From: Eledone cirrhosa
Taxonomy: Eukaryota
DNA: 64,000 nucleotides
NCBI GenBank assembly: GCA_964016885.1
Contig: OZ024741.1
Coordinates: 81,096,001 to 81,160,000, forward strand
Direction of reading: 5' to 3'
The notes beneath the pieces are model-generated. The model ran no database searches, had not been told where the DNA came from, and saw only the letters and a program-made list of their open reading frames with translations. Made by a program: the position numbers and the translations under genes. Positions within the stretch are counted from its first letter, which is position 1. Each line of letters opens with the position of its first letter. Shown here one piece after another: positions 13,780 through 26,147 of the stretch.

Positions 13780-14190
13780 TGGATTGGGAGAATCATTAAA
13801 GTATTGAACAAAATGCTTTGCAGTATTTCTTCCAGCTGTTTACCTTCTGTGTTCATATCCAATTGATGTCAACTTTGCCTTTCATCTGAGGTTCTTTAAA
13901 ATAAAACTGCAGTTAAGTAATGGGGCCCAATATAATCAATTCTCCCTCTACTTTCTCTAAATTCCTGGCTTTGAGCCAAAATTAGAAACCATTATTATGA
14001 CGGTGGATTGGCAGTATTGGTAGAGGGTCGGACGGCATGCTTTGCAGCAGAGTTATGGCCCTTTACGGTCTGAGTTCAAATGCCGCTGAGGTTAACTTTG
14101 CCTTTCATCCTTATGGGGTCGATAAAATAAAGTACCAGTAATGCACTGGGATAATTGCTGGCCTAGTGCCAAAATTAGAAACCATTATTA
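13780..14190 (+). mobile_element. Two tandem OK-like SINEs (13780-13997 degraded; 13999-14190 well preserved)
   Basis: GGTGGATTGGCAG...GAGTTCAAATGCCGCTGAGGTTAACTTTGCCTTTCATCC...TTAGAAACCATTATTA occurs twice. Confidence 0.8.
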
Positions 14191-14277
14191 AAATCATTCT
14201 TTAAAATAAATATATCCGAAGTATGGAATTGGCACAGTTAATAGGACATTGGAGGATAAAATGCCTTGCAAAATTGA

Positions 14278-14482
14278 CAGGCATGATTGTGTGGTTGCTT
14301 CACAATCACATGGCTTTGGGTTCACTCCCACAACCGAGCAACTTGGACAAGTAAGTGTTTTCTACATCTACTATAGCTTTGGGTTGACCAATGCTTTGTG
14401 AGTAAGATTTGGTAGATGGAAACTATGTAGGACCCCATGCTAGCGTGGAAGATAGATGTTAAACAATGATGATGATGATGAT
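14278..14482 (+). mobile_element. OR-like tRNA SINE ending in the RTE-type (ATG)n tail
   Basis: GGCATGATTGTGTGG...GGGTTCACTCCC...TTGTGAGTAAGATTTGGTAGATGGAAAC, followed by CCCATGCTAGCGTGGAAGATAGATGTTAAAC and an (ATG)n tail. Confidence 0.7.
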
Positions 14483-14500
14483 ATATATATATATATAAAT

Positions 14501-14703
14501 ATAAGGAGTTGTGGTAAGGAACCAGATGGACCATAACGCACCAGAGTACTCAATACTTAGGGTAGTAGAGTGGGTAATAGGAAAAAGAATGACCCCGACG
14601 GCAGAGCTCATGCCATTTTGACGGTTATTTCTGGACTCAAATAGTCCAGAAATAGCCGTCGAAACGGCTTGAGCTCTGCCGTCGGGGTCATACTTTTTCC
14701 TAT
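14501..14703 (+). mobile_element. Fold-back hairpin element (75-bp head plus ~127-bp palindrome)
   Basis: 14577-14703 is self-complementary with few mismatches. Head shared with copies at 18789, 52541 and 4011. Confidence 0.85.
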
Positions 14704-14718
14704 ATATAGGAATATATA

Positions 14719-15048
14719 TAGCTTAGTGGTTAGAGCATTGGCCTTGCAATCGAAAGATTGTGAGTTCAATTCTCAGACCAGGTGATGTGTTGTTTCCTTG
14801 AGCAAGACACTTTATTTCACATTGCTCCAGTTTACTCAGCTGTAGAAATGAGATGATAGGACTGGGGTCCCTATCATTCCACTGCAAAGTGGTCGTGGAG
14901 GTGCCACGGCAAAAAAAAAGCACCCAGCACTCACTGTAAATGAGGTTGGTGTTAGGAAGGGCATCCAGCTGTAGAAATCAAGCCAGAATCAGTTCCCGTC
15001 CCACCCTTGCAAACAGGGAAAAAGCGGACATAAAATGAAATGATGATA
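14719..15048 (+). mobile_element. tRNA-derived CORE-like SINE with RTE-shared 3' tail
   Basis: A box TAGCTTAGTGG, B box GAGTTCAATTC, CCTTGAGCAAGACACT core, and 3' GGAAGGGCATCCAGCTGTAGAAA...CGGACATAAAATG tail. Confidence 0.85.
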
Positions 15049-15246
15049 TAACCAAATATTAATATGGTTCATTGATTACTCAATGAATATAGTTTTACAA
15101 TAGATTAAATGCACTCTGCAGTAAGTTTTCTGGAGTTATTATTATTCTGAATAATATATATATATATATATATGCAGAAAGTTCTATATGCTTGTTTGTG
15201 TCTGGGTGGGTCCCCACAGATTTGATTTGATTTTGTTGTGTTAACA

Positions 15247-15334
15247 CTGGTCTGAGGATCAGGCAGACTTGGAATCTGGTCTGGGGTGCCAACCCAGATC
15301 ACGAGCTGGCTGCTTGAGAAACATTTGTAACCAG
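15247..15334 (+). ncRNA. Type I hammerhead ribozyme with branched stem II, intact core
   Basis: CTGGT-CTGAGGA-TCAGGCAG...CTGCTTGA-GAAA-CATTTG-TA-ACCAG. 5-bp stem I, 8-bp stem II, internal hairpin GGTCTGGG/CCCAGATC, GUA site at 15327-15329, AATAAA downstream. Confidence 0.85.
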
Positions 15335-15391
15335 GATTGAGCAATAAATCTCCTATGTAATACCTCCAACTTGTTATTATATATATATATA

Positions 15392-15981
15392 TACATTTTA
15401 AATAACAATCAAAAAGTGTTTAAAACATTTAATCACTTACAACCGTTTCATCCTAGCACAAGGCCGGATTCACTGGAGTATATAATAAAGGTTAAATCAC
15501 AGACATAATATCAGAAGTTTGTCATAAGAACATTAGGAGGATACATACTATGGGAAGTAAACATAAATATCAACATTTTTATAAGAAAAGATAGCAAAGG
15601 TAGAAGAAGCATATGAAAAATATGAGCATACAAATACAATAAAATAAAATTTGGAGCAACTGAAAGCATTAAAAATTAAAAAAAACATGCTGCTATAGAA
15701 AGGTTAAGTATAGTGCAAGACATATATCATAATCAGTAAATAAATGTTTTTAAAATTTGTAATGCTTTTAGTTGCTCCTAATTCTACTGCATTTACATAC
15801 TCGTATTTTTCATATGCTTCTTCAGCCTTTGTTATCTTTTCTTATAAGAATGTTGATACTTATGTTTATTGACCATATTATGTATCCTCCTAATATTCTT
15901 ATGACAAACTTCTGATATTATGTCTGTGTTTTAACCTTTATTATATATTCCGATGATTCCAGCCTTGTGCTAGGATGAAAC
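15392..15981. mobile_element. PLE-like long inverted repeat (~250-bp arms) with degenerate hammerheads; right arm interrupted by a LINE and resuming at ~18157-18200
   Basis: 15446-15680 is the reverse complement of ~15750-15981. HHR relics at 15434-15480 (-) and 15946-15981 (+). Confidence 0.75.
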
Positions 15982-18157
15982 ATCATCATCATTGTTTAAC
16001 ATCTATCTCCCACGCTCATGGGTTTGGACGGGAATTTTCCCACTCGAGGCAAGATTGGTTGTCTTGCTCGTATAGGACTGTCTGGCGGGTTTTCTATGGC
16101 TGGATGCCCTTCCTAACACCAACCACGTGGTGGACTGGGAGGTTTTTACCGTGTTACCTATACGGGCACATTACAGCGTGGACTGTGTGTTTTTTTGTCG
16201 TGACACCTACATAACCTCATTTATTTATGTGGCACCAACATAACTTTACAGAGAACGGGGTGGTGTAGATGGGATGGGGTTGTAATTTTTGGTTAGGAGG
16301 TGCCTACTGACTGTCGGTTTCGCTTTGTACTTACTGCGTAGCACCAAAGATCTCGGTCCAGTGACATTGTCTTGGAGAGGTGTAAGTGTGTGAGGTCGGA
16401 TTTTATCAAATCGTCCCAGGTTTTTCTGGGTCTGCCTACTCCGTGGCTTCCATCTATTTTGATCGCCCTGCACTTTTTTATACAGCTGTCATCTTTCATG
16501 CGCATCACGTGACCATACCAATGTAGTCTTCTCTCGAGTAAACAGCATCTGATCCCTCTTATTCCTAATTTCTCACTTAGTTCATTTATGCTTTGCCGTT
16601 CACGTATATTATTATTACACATCCAACGGAGGATGCAAGCTTCATTCCTCTCCAGTCTGCGCATGCCCATGTCTCACTGCCATGGAACATTGCTGCTCGT
16701 ATGCAGGCATCATACAGTCTGCCTTTCATTTTTAGGGAGAAACCTTTAGCGGCCAATAGTGGTATAAGCTCTCTCAACTTTTTCCATCCCGTTCTGACTC
16801 TGGCTACTGTACTTTCCGAGCACCCTCCACCACTGTTGATTTTGTCACCCAGGTAACGGAAGGTGTCCACTATTTCTATAGAACCATCTGAGCAATAGAA
16901 GGAGCTAGTATCCTGTGGGCACTTGTTACTACTTATTGCACCTGAGCACTGGCCACATATAAAATCTATATTCTTAGTTAGTTTACCTGTGATTCCACTA
17001 CATCTTTTATGCACCCATACTTTGCATTTGGGACATAAAATGGAGTTTCTGCCTACTCCTTTCCTACACACTGAGCATAGCCATTTCCCAGAGGGGACCA
17101 GTGCCTTATTTTCCTTCCTACATACTAGAACTTGTCTTAGACAAGTTAATTTTAAGGCCTTTTGATTCTAGGACATGCTTCCAAGTTTGGAATTTCTTCT
17201 CTAGTTCAGCCATTGATTCAGTTATGAGCGTTAGATCATCTGCGTATAGAAGTTCCCATGGGCAGCCGGTCTTGAACTCCTCTGTTATAGTCTGAAGGGC
17301 AATAATAGATAGGAGGGGCTAAGGACAGAGCCCTGATGAACACCGACTTTTACGCTAAATTCTTCACTATATTCATTGTTAATTCTAACCTTGCTGACTG
17401 TTTCTTTATACATAGCTTGTATAGCTCTCACGAGCCATTCATCAACACCTAGTTTTCTAAGAGCCCACCAGATAATGGAGCGGGGGACTCTGTCAAAGGC
17501 TTTTTCCAAGTCAACAAAAGCTAAGTATAGGGGTGTACTTTTAGCTAGGTACTTCTCCTGTAGTTGTCGTACAAGGAAAAGAGCGTCTGTGGTACTTTTA
17601 CCTGACACAAACCCAAACTGCATTTCATCCAGATCAATTCGCTCTCTGATTAGTTGCGCTATTACTTTTTCTGTGACCTTCATGACCTGGTCAATTAATT
17701 TAATGCTTCTATAGTTTCCCCTATCTAGGGCATCTCCTTTACCCTTGTAGCAGTTAATGATGATGCTGCTACGCCAGTCATTTGGTATGACTTGGTTTAC
17801 TATCCGGGAGACCATAGTGTGTCCCACTGATCAAGATGCTTTCAGCATTTCAGCAACTATCTCCGAAGGCCCAGCTGCTTTGCCTGTCTTCATATCTTTG
17901 ATTGCCTAACTTATACTACCTTCAACTTGCACTGCTGGTCCCTTTATTGGATCGATTTGGGGCAGACTATCTTTTTCCCACTTATTCTCCTCATTTAGTA
18001 GCCTCTCGCAGTAGTGACGCTTTTAAGCTCCCTTCTTATCAGTGATGGCAAGTACACCATCATCATTACGGACACACTTCTCCCCGACAATATCATGGTT
18101 TTCCTCGACACATTGTCTAGCAATCCTGAACACCTCACGTTTTTGGTCCTCGCGTTG
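15981..18157 (-). mobile_element. 5'-truncated RTE LINE (RT, PHD-like finger, 3'UTR), with frameshifts
   Basis: ORFs 17285-17827, 16586-17071 and 16293-16670 are homologous to the 59912-63025 element. (CAT)n tail at 15981. Confidence 0.95.
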
Positions 18158-18530
18158 TTAAATGTTTTAAACACTCTTTGATTGTTATTTAAAATGTGTT
18201 TCAGCTCTGTAATATACCTATCTTACATTGAGGTATTCTCATACTTGTAATTGGATAATATTAAATATTACCCACGTTATATATATCATCATCATCTTCG
18301 TTTAACATCCATCTTCCACGCTAGCATGGGTTTGACGGGAGCTGTCCCACTTGAGGCAAGGCTGGTCGTGTGACCGTGTCTTGCTCATATAGGACTATCT
18401 GGCAGGTTTTCTACGGCTGATGCCCTTCCTAACGAAATATATATACACAGGTATATATATATATATATAAATTATTAAAAAAATAATGAATAAACAAAGA
18501 AACAGTTCCTTATATTAAACAAAAAAAGTT

Positions 18531-18669
18531 CATTATTTTACGATCGTTTCTAGGACATATATGTGTTAGAATTGGTATGCATATTCAAAAGATCTATGTA
18601 CAAAATTATACAAACTATCAAAGAGAATATACATACCTTCACATATATATGCTGTCTTCAGAAATAATG
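18531..18669 (-). ncRNA. Type I hammerhead ribozyme with ~100-nt stem II insertion
   Basis: Minus strand: CATTATTT-CTGAAGA-CAGCATATATATGTG...CACATATATGTCCTA-GAAA-CGATCG-TA-AAATAATG. Perfect 8-bp stem I, palindromic stem III ACGATCGT, GUA site. First stem II pair is mismatched. Confidence 0.8.
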
Positions 18670-18788
18670 ATGCATATTTATTGATAATAACAATAATTCA
18701 AAATTACAGATCTGTTTGGGAACAGATTTTAAATAGACCAATGAAATACGTAAACTTTTGGTAGATTTATCTACATATATATATATAT

Positions 18789-18981
18789 ATAGGAACCAGT
18801 AAGACCCCGACAGCTGAGCTCAAGCCGTTTCGACGGCTAATTCTGGACTGAATTAGCCGTCGAAACGGCTTGAGCTCAGCTGTCGGGGTCTTACTGGTTC
18901 CTATTACCCACTCTACTACCTCAAGTATTGAGTACTTTGGTGCGTTATGGTCCACCTGGTTCCTTACCACATTTCCTTCGT

Positions 18982-18983
<2 letters not shown>
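18789..18983 (-). mobile_element. Fold-back hairpin element with perfect 55-bp arms
   Basis: 18789-18843 and 18850-18904 are exact reverse complements around a 6-nt loop. Flanked by (TA)n. Confidence 0.9.
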
Positions 18984-19015
<32 letters not shown>

Positions 19016-19745
19016 ACATCATCATCATCACTGTTTAATGTCCATTTTCCCACACTAACACAAGTTAAATGAGTTGTCCCATTGTGAGACAAGCCAGTCC
19101 ACAGATTTCTAGTAAGTACTTATAGTCATCTCCAAAACAGATGAGTTAGTTCATTTTGGTTTCCATTTTGTCAACCACTAGTTCTTTATAGGACACTCAT
19201 GTGAAATTTCAACCAAATCCACTGCCAAGCTGACAGAGGGCTGTGAGCAGCTGACACCATTCCAGATGCCAAAGCATCAAGTTTCAGTCTTTGCCTGACC
19301 CAGAATTAGGGCTCATTCAGAGATGAGATGCAGAATGATGTGCCTAACAAAGAACCACCACACCCGTTTTCTGTCTAGGAATGTTTATAAAAGCCATAGC
19401 TTCAGCACATGTCTGAGGAATAACAATGGCAATAATAATGATGAAGATAAAATTATTATTGTGATGAGGAGGAAGAAGCAGAAAAAAGGAAATGAAGGAA
19501 AAGAAAACGGAAAAGAAAATGGAAGAACTTGAGATAAAAGCAATCAGCACCATGTCTCTTGATTTCATTAAGCTGTTCAAAGACTTTATATTCTCATCTA
19601 CTAATCTAATCTAGCTCGTAATTCTGCTACTTGTTGTAGAGTTATAAAAATGAAGATGTCGCACCTTTGTAAAGTGTGTTGCTCACATGCAACATTCCTC
19701 AGCAACATAAACACAAAGTTACTTCCGCTTTACAATATGTGTGTC

Positions 19746-20040
19746 ATCATCATCACCGTTTTATGTCCATTCTTCCATGCTAGCATGGGTTAGACGGATT
19801 GTCTTGTGGGCAACGCCAGGTCAGGTGACCATGTTTTGCTCATACAGAACTCATTTTGGCTCGATTTCTACAGCTGCATGCCCTTCCTAACACCAACATC
19901 ATTTACAGTGAGTATTGGGTGCTTTTTACTGTGGCGCCTACATGACCACTTTACAGTGTAGACTGGGTGCTTTTTTGTCATGACACCTACATGCCCACTT
20001 CGTCTTGTACCCATAGGAAGACCACTTCTGTATTACTGCA
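19746..20040 (-). mobile_element. RTE/SINE 3' tail fragment with tandem ~48-bp modules
   Basis: (CAT)n tail, CCATGCTAGCATGGGTTAGA, TGCCCTTCCTAACACCAAC and two TTTACAGTG...GGGTGCTTTTT modules. Confidence 0.8.
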
Positions 20041-20117
20041 TGTGTGAGTGTGTGTGTGTGTATGTATATATATATATATGCATACATACACATATGTATA
20101 TATGTATGTGTATATAT

Positions 20118-20502
20118 CATCATCACCATTTTACGTCCATTCTTCCATGCTAGCATGGGTTAGATGGGTTGTCCTGTTGTGGGCAATGCCAGGTCAGGTG
20201 ACCATGCCTTGCTCATATGAAACTGATTTTGGCTTGATTTCTACAGCTGGATGGCATTCTTATCACCAACCTCATTTACAGTGAGTGCTGGGTGCTTTTT
20301 TGCCGTGGCAACTCCACGACCACTTTACAGTGGAATGATAGGGACCCCAGTCCTATCATCTCATTTCTACAGCTGAGTAAACTGGAGCAATGTGAAATAA
20401 AGTGTCTTGCTCAAGGAAACAACACACCACCTGGTCCAAGAATTGAACTCACAACCTTTCAATTGCAAGCCCAATGCTCTAACCACTTAGCCATGTGCCT
20501 TC
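20118..20502 (-). mobile_element. tRNA-derived CORE-like SINE, full length, inverted relative to 14719-15048
   Basis: Near-identical reverse complement. The chance ORFs 14723-14923 (-) and 20292-20603 (+) translate almost identically. Confidence 0.9.
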
Positions 20503-20539
20503 ACACACATATATATACATATAGATATACATACATCCA

Positions 20540-21445
20540 TCGTCATCATCATTCTTTTAACATCTGTTCTCCCTGCTGGCAAAGGTTGAACAGGTCAACA
20601 TAGACCAAGTCAGCACTGAAGCAGGGCTACTGATCTCCCTTATGCACAGTCATGTTCAACTGAGTGCACAGGAGAGGCTGTCATATTCTTGACATAACTG
20701 AGGTGTCTTGCCAGCCCTTTGGCAAGCTTTCTACAGCTGGATGCCCTTCATATCACCAACCACTTTACAGCATGTACTGGGTGCATTTATTGTGTAGATC
20801 ACCAACACTAGAGAGGTTGCTGTACCATGGCACAACTGAAGGGTATTCTCGAACAGCCACCCTCCCATTTTTTTTTCTCTCTCATGGAGATGAAAACACT
20901 CTGTGCTGGAAACGGGAAGTGTAGTGATGGAGAGAATAGTTAATAGTGGAAGGAGCAAGAGTGGGGTGCAGGGAATAGTGAAGGTATCTAAGAATACCCC
21001 TATGCCCTCTCACTAACACTCATTCCTAGCTGCTGCAACCTTAAAAGTCCATAGACTCACTCACTACCATAAAGGAACTCCCATGGAGTGCCAGTTTTAA
21101 ACTGAAGTACAATGATATACAGAAGTGGAGTGAGGTCTGATCCCTGGTGGACCTCCAGCTGCTCTTCAAATTCATCACTGTACTCAAATGCCAACTCTCA
21201 CTCTGCTGGTTGCTCCTCTATACATGGCTGGCACAGCCCTCACAAGCCATTTGTCTACACCTAACTTCCCAAGTGCCCTCCAAATTATGGAGCGTGGGAT
21301 CCTGTCAAGGACCTTTTCCAGATCTACATATGCTAGATACCCCTCCTGTAGTTGTCTCATGAGAAAGAGGGCATCGGTTATACCCCTTCCTGGCATAAAT
21401 TCAAACTGCATCACATCTAACTTGATCTTTTCTCTAATTATTTAT
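20540..21445 (-). mobile_element. Degraded RTE LINE fragment
   Basis: ORF 21184-21414 (MQFEFMPGRGITDALF...DLEK) plus a degraded tail at ~20540. Confidence 0.75.
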
Positions 21446-22532
21446 TCCTAAATAATTGCTGGCATTTTGCCTGAATTAGAAACATATATGATAACAAGCA
21501 TTTTAAAGCCACCTTCCCCACCAAAGCAAGGTTTATATTTTTGAGAGCCCCATGACAAGCTTCTTACCTATCATGGGGTTTTTATAGAGATATAGTTTTA
21601 TGGTTGGCTGCCCCTCTGGGCAAAAACCCTTTTCATTGCTTCTTATAACAAGCAGGGACTTGATATACCTATTCTAAACAGGATACATACAGCAAAGAAA
21701 CCATTATGATTAATGAAATAAAAACAACAAAAAAAAAAAGATTAAACTATTAAATATAGGAGAGGATTCTGGTAGGAAGCTGAAGCATTCATTAATGTTT
21801 CTATGCTTTTATACCATATCTCCAAAGAATTGTCTCACAGTGTACAGGTTGTGTCACACTTCAGTTAATAAACATTAACAGCTGGCACCAACATCAATGT
21901 GTTGATGATGTTTATAAATGTACTTTACTAAGATTCCCTATGTGGTTCCTGGCTTATTTATTTATGTAGTATATAATTTTGTTTTTGCCTTTAGTAATTT
22001 GTTCATCAACTATGCTCTATGGTCAGTTCTGCTTGAGTTGGTCAACAGCTCACGGCTAACCAATGAATGTATCATTGTATAACACCTGCTTGCCATTCAC
22101 ACTCATATATATATGTGTGTGTGTGTATGTGGTAGTACTAGTTCCAGAATAAGGCGTGCCCAGCACTCAGTCCACACTGGAATGTGAAAGTCCTGGTGTC
22201 ATGATAAAATGTGAACAACCCACTCTGCTAAGGGGCAGTTGTGGTGCCAAGAGAAAAGAATTTGATACATGCTGTGAAGTGGTTGGCATTAGGAAAAGTA
22301 TCCAACTGTAGAAAGAGAAGCACATAGAAATAAACCTGGGTGGTTTAAAGTTGTTTTGTTATCAAAAGAGTATAAGTATAAGTATATATATATATATTGG
22401 AGGTACAGCGTGTATTTTTTCTTTGGGAGGACTGCTGGATTTTCTAATCTACCAGTCTCTTCTTAGCGCTGAGGGAGACCATCACCATTCTATTAATGTC
22501 GATATAATTCTTATATTGATATTATTTGGGCA

Positions 22533-22656
22533 TCCACTGATGAGTTTATAAGAGCCCGCTTGTGTATAAAACTATGGATTATATACAAGGTTCTACATAA
22601 CCTGGAAATTATTTATCCCAAATTGTAGAAATCTTATAACGAAACTGCTGTCTGGA
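22533..22656 (+). ncRNA. Type I hammerhead ribozyme with three-way branched stem II, intact core
   Basis: TCCA-CTGATGA-GT(T)TATAAGA...TCTTATAAC-GAAA-CTGCTG-TC-TGGA. Branches CTTGTGTATAA/TTATATACAAG and TTCTACA/TGTAGAA. GUC at 22650-22652. Confidence 0.85.
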
Positions 22657-23164
22657 AGGAAAGAGATATTTATTTAATAATGTCTCATATAAAATAATAC
22701 AACCAGCTATCCACGAAATACTGATTAGTTAGCACCCCAAACACTAAATTGGGAATATACTTAGGTATATCCTAATGTTTGTTGAGTGAGATGGAGTTCG
22801 TCAGAATATCGCTTAAGGCTTTCTCTGTTTATGTATTGTATATATACACACACACACACACACACAATTATATTATAAAGATTATCTCTCCTATTTTAAT
22901 TTGCTATCAAAACAATAGGGCAGAACATCCTTATAACATCTGCACTCGGCTTTTCTCAAGTACAGAGAACTAAGTTGAATAAGGGTTTTACTGGTCTAAA
23001 CTAGTAACATCTCACCTATATTTATATAGTATAGGTAATTCAGTGAATTACTGGTGGTGGTATGAGCACTCGATGCACAGGCAGAGTGTATATAATAAGA
23101 AAAAATATGAAGTTTGATTTACAGGTATTTACGTTTTTATTGATATGTGTTTCGCAGATGATTG

Positions 23165-23552
23165 GCTGGGAAAGTGACCTGGAAAACTCCATCAGAGAGT
23201 TCTTTTCTACCACAACAATGCCCATGCTCATTCCTCTTGTCAAACAAGAGAAACCTTGCAGGAATTTTGATGGGAAATTATTAGACATCCGCCTTACAAT
23301 CCTGATTAAGCAACTTCTGATTTCTTCTTATTTCCTAAACTTAACAGTTTTTTAAAAGGTACTCAATTTGATACCATTAATGATGTAAAAAAGGGTTAGT
23401 TTGACATGGTTAAATTCTCAGGACTCTCAGTTCTACCAGGACAATACAAATGGCTGGTATCATCACTTACAAAAGTGTGGAAATAAAGCTTTTACATAAA
23501 ATAGTTTTCTTTTCATTCCATTTTTCCACAAACTTTTTGAATGTGCCTCGTA
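23165..23552 (+). mobile_element. Mariner (Hsmar2/irritans-like) transposase relic with 3' TIR
   Basis: Translates as PGKLHQRVLFYHNNAHAHSS...WEIIRHPPYNPD*ATSDFFLFPKL (YSPDL motif). Ends AACTTTTTGAATGTGCCTCG-TA. Confidence 0.85.
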
Positions 23553-25745
23553 TAAATGTATAAATATATATATAAACATGGAAACAGTGTGTGCAAGCAA
23601 GTGTGAGTGTGTGTTTTGTAAATAGATTTAAACAGGAGAAATAAGAAAATAACAGAAACATGCAGTAATTCATATAATGGTTACATCTAATACAATAGCA
23701 GAGATTGAAAGTGGTTTCTTTGGAAACATTGGTTTAAAGCTAAAATGTGTGTGCCACACAGTAGAGTTGGGTGATTGCAGTAGGTGGTACACGTATGTGT
23801 GTACATATATACACATACAAGATCGTGTAAATACATATGTACATGAAAATGCACATATACATACATGTAAACAATATAAACATATATGAGGGGTTATAAA
23901 AAAGTAAAGAAAAAAGGAGAAAGAAGGAAGTAAAAGTCAATGAATTCCACTTGAAACCAGCAAACCAATTATCAGTTGCAATCAACAGGAAAAGAGAGAA
24001 CCAAAATGGTAAGTCTGTAGAAATTAAGAATGGAAGAGAATGCAAATGGGGGTGGGCATTGTGTTTTAATGTACTTTGGTATATTTCCTGGGTTTCTTTT
24101 GTCTTGGAAGTCTGTTAGGTTTATACTTCATTACACACACAGACAATGTGTGTGAGTGTGTGTGTGTGTATATACACACACACAGTAGTATTGGTTGAAT
24201 TGTTATATATATGGTAGTAGTATTATATCGATAAGTTTGTAAGAATGATGGTGATAGCGTGTGTGATGGATATGGTCTGTGTCTGTCTGTCTGTCTCTCT
24301 CTCACACATTATATATATGTTGATTTTTCCAAGCTGCCATTGGTTGGATGAGACACTTTGAGGTAATATTTTACAGTTGCTTGTCCTTTCTGGCACCAAA
24401 CCTCTTTCAGTTGCAAAGATATTGTGCATCTATTCTAAACTATGCTACACTATACCACACAAATATATGGTGTACCTATTCTAAACTGGATACACACAGA
24501 CACACACATATATATAGGAAAACTGAGTACAGGGAAATTAAATGCTGTGTGCAAGAGAGAAGACTGTGCCAGTACAGACATGTAATGTGTACAGATGATT
24601 ATCATTGGGCGAAGAAATGCCACGAGTTATAAGTGCAAGAAAGATGCTGTAGAGGTATATCGAGGAAGATTGCAGGCAAAAGTGATGAAAGTATATCTCA
24701 AGCTACTGAACATCATAAAGGAGATGGCGATGGGAAGAGACAAGTGGAGGGGTCTGCTGGAAAGGAATCATCCAACCCATGAAAGCATGAAAAAACAGAT
24801 GTTGACGTTGATACATACTTATAATTGGTTATGATCTAATGATCATAGTAGCTCACAAAAGAGAAAGAGCTTAATATTAATATTCATAATTGGATATTTG
24901 CAGAATTAGTAGAGCATTGGATATGTCATTACCAAGGTTGATAAAATAAAGCAGCAGTTAAGTAATGGGGTTGACATATTCGATCCCACATACCCCAAAT
25001 TGCTGGCCTTGTGCAAAAATTAGAAACCAGTGTTATATTCATTTTTACCCAAAGTATGAAATTGGCAGAGACAGTATATGTAATAAGGTTATATTTCTGA
25101 GGTTTTACTTATTCTCAGAAACTGCATGCATAGTCGAAGAATTTGATCTGATAATGAAAACCATCTCAAGCTATTGAAGTGCTCTGACTTATTTATTTTT
25201 CAATTTTAGACTGTTTTTGCAGTCAGGGATTTTGATCAGGCTCCTTGTTTAAATTTCTTGAGATTTATATATCCCCAGGGAATATTTCATCGACCCATTA
25301 ATGATATGTAGAAGATGTCCCCCCCCTCTCTCTCTCTCTCTATATATACATATATATATGTGTGTGTGTCATCATCATCATCACCATTTAATGTCTATTT
25401 TCCATGCTAGCATGGGTTAAACAAGCTGTCCCGATGTAAGACAAGCCGGGTCAGATAACAATGTCTTGCTCCCACAGATTTTGGCTTTGTTTCTACTGCT
25501 AGATGCCCTTCCTAATACCAACCACATTTACAGTGTGTACTTGGTGCTTTTTGACATGACATGTACATAATTACATCGAAAGGTGACCATAGTTAAAAAA
25601 GGTACTAGTAGAATATAGGTATTTTTATTTATATAGAAATGACCTCAACTGTTTCATTTTTATGAAATCATAAAAAATGAAATAGGATTAGTCATGTAGA
25701 AGTCATTTCAATACACACACACATATATATATATATGTGTGTGTA

Positions 25746-25776
<31 letters not shown>

Positions 25777-26147
25777 ATATACATATATACACATATATAT
25801 CCAACCCATGCCAGCACATATATATTTATGTCCAGTCTATGCCAGCATATACATGTATATGTCCAATCAATTCCAGATCAATTTCAGTTTTTATCCTTCT
25901 GGGTTGATAAAATAAAGTACCAGTCAAGTACTGAAGTTGATTTAATCAACTTTGCACTTTGCTCCAATTTTTTTTTTGGGGGGGGGGGGGGGGATTATGC
26001 TTTAATATTAATTTTCCTAATACAGACTTATATAGATTGATTCATTCATTTTGTTCAAAACACAGTTTGTTGGTCAAGTTTTATCAGAGTTTTGCTGAAA
26101 CCCCAGAGTTATGTTGTGAAAATGAAAAACAATCAGCCTATATATAC

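Noticed and set aside
14719-14790. tRNA gene
   Set aside because: A and B boxes continue into a SINE body that is present in several copies, and no intact cloverleaf is evident.
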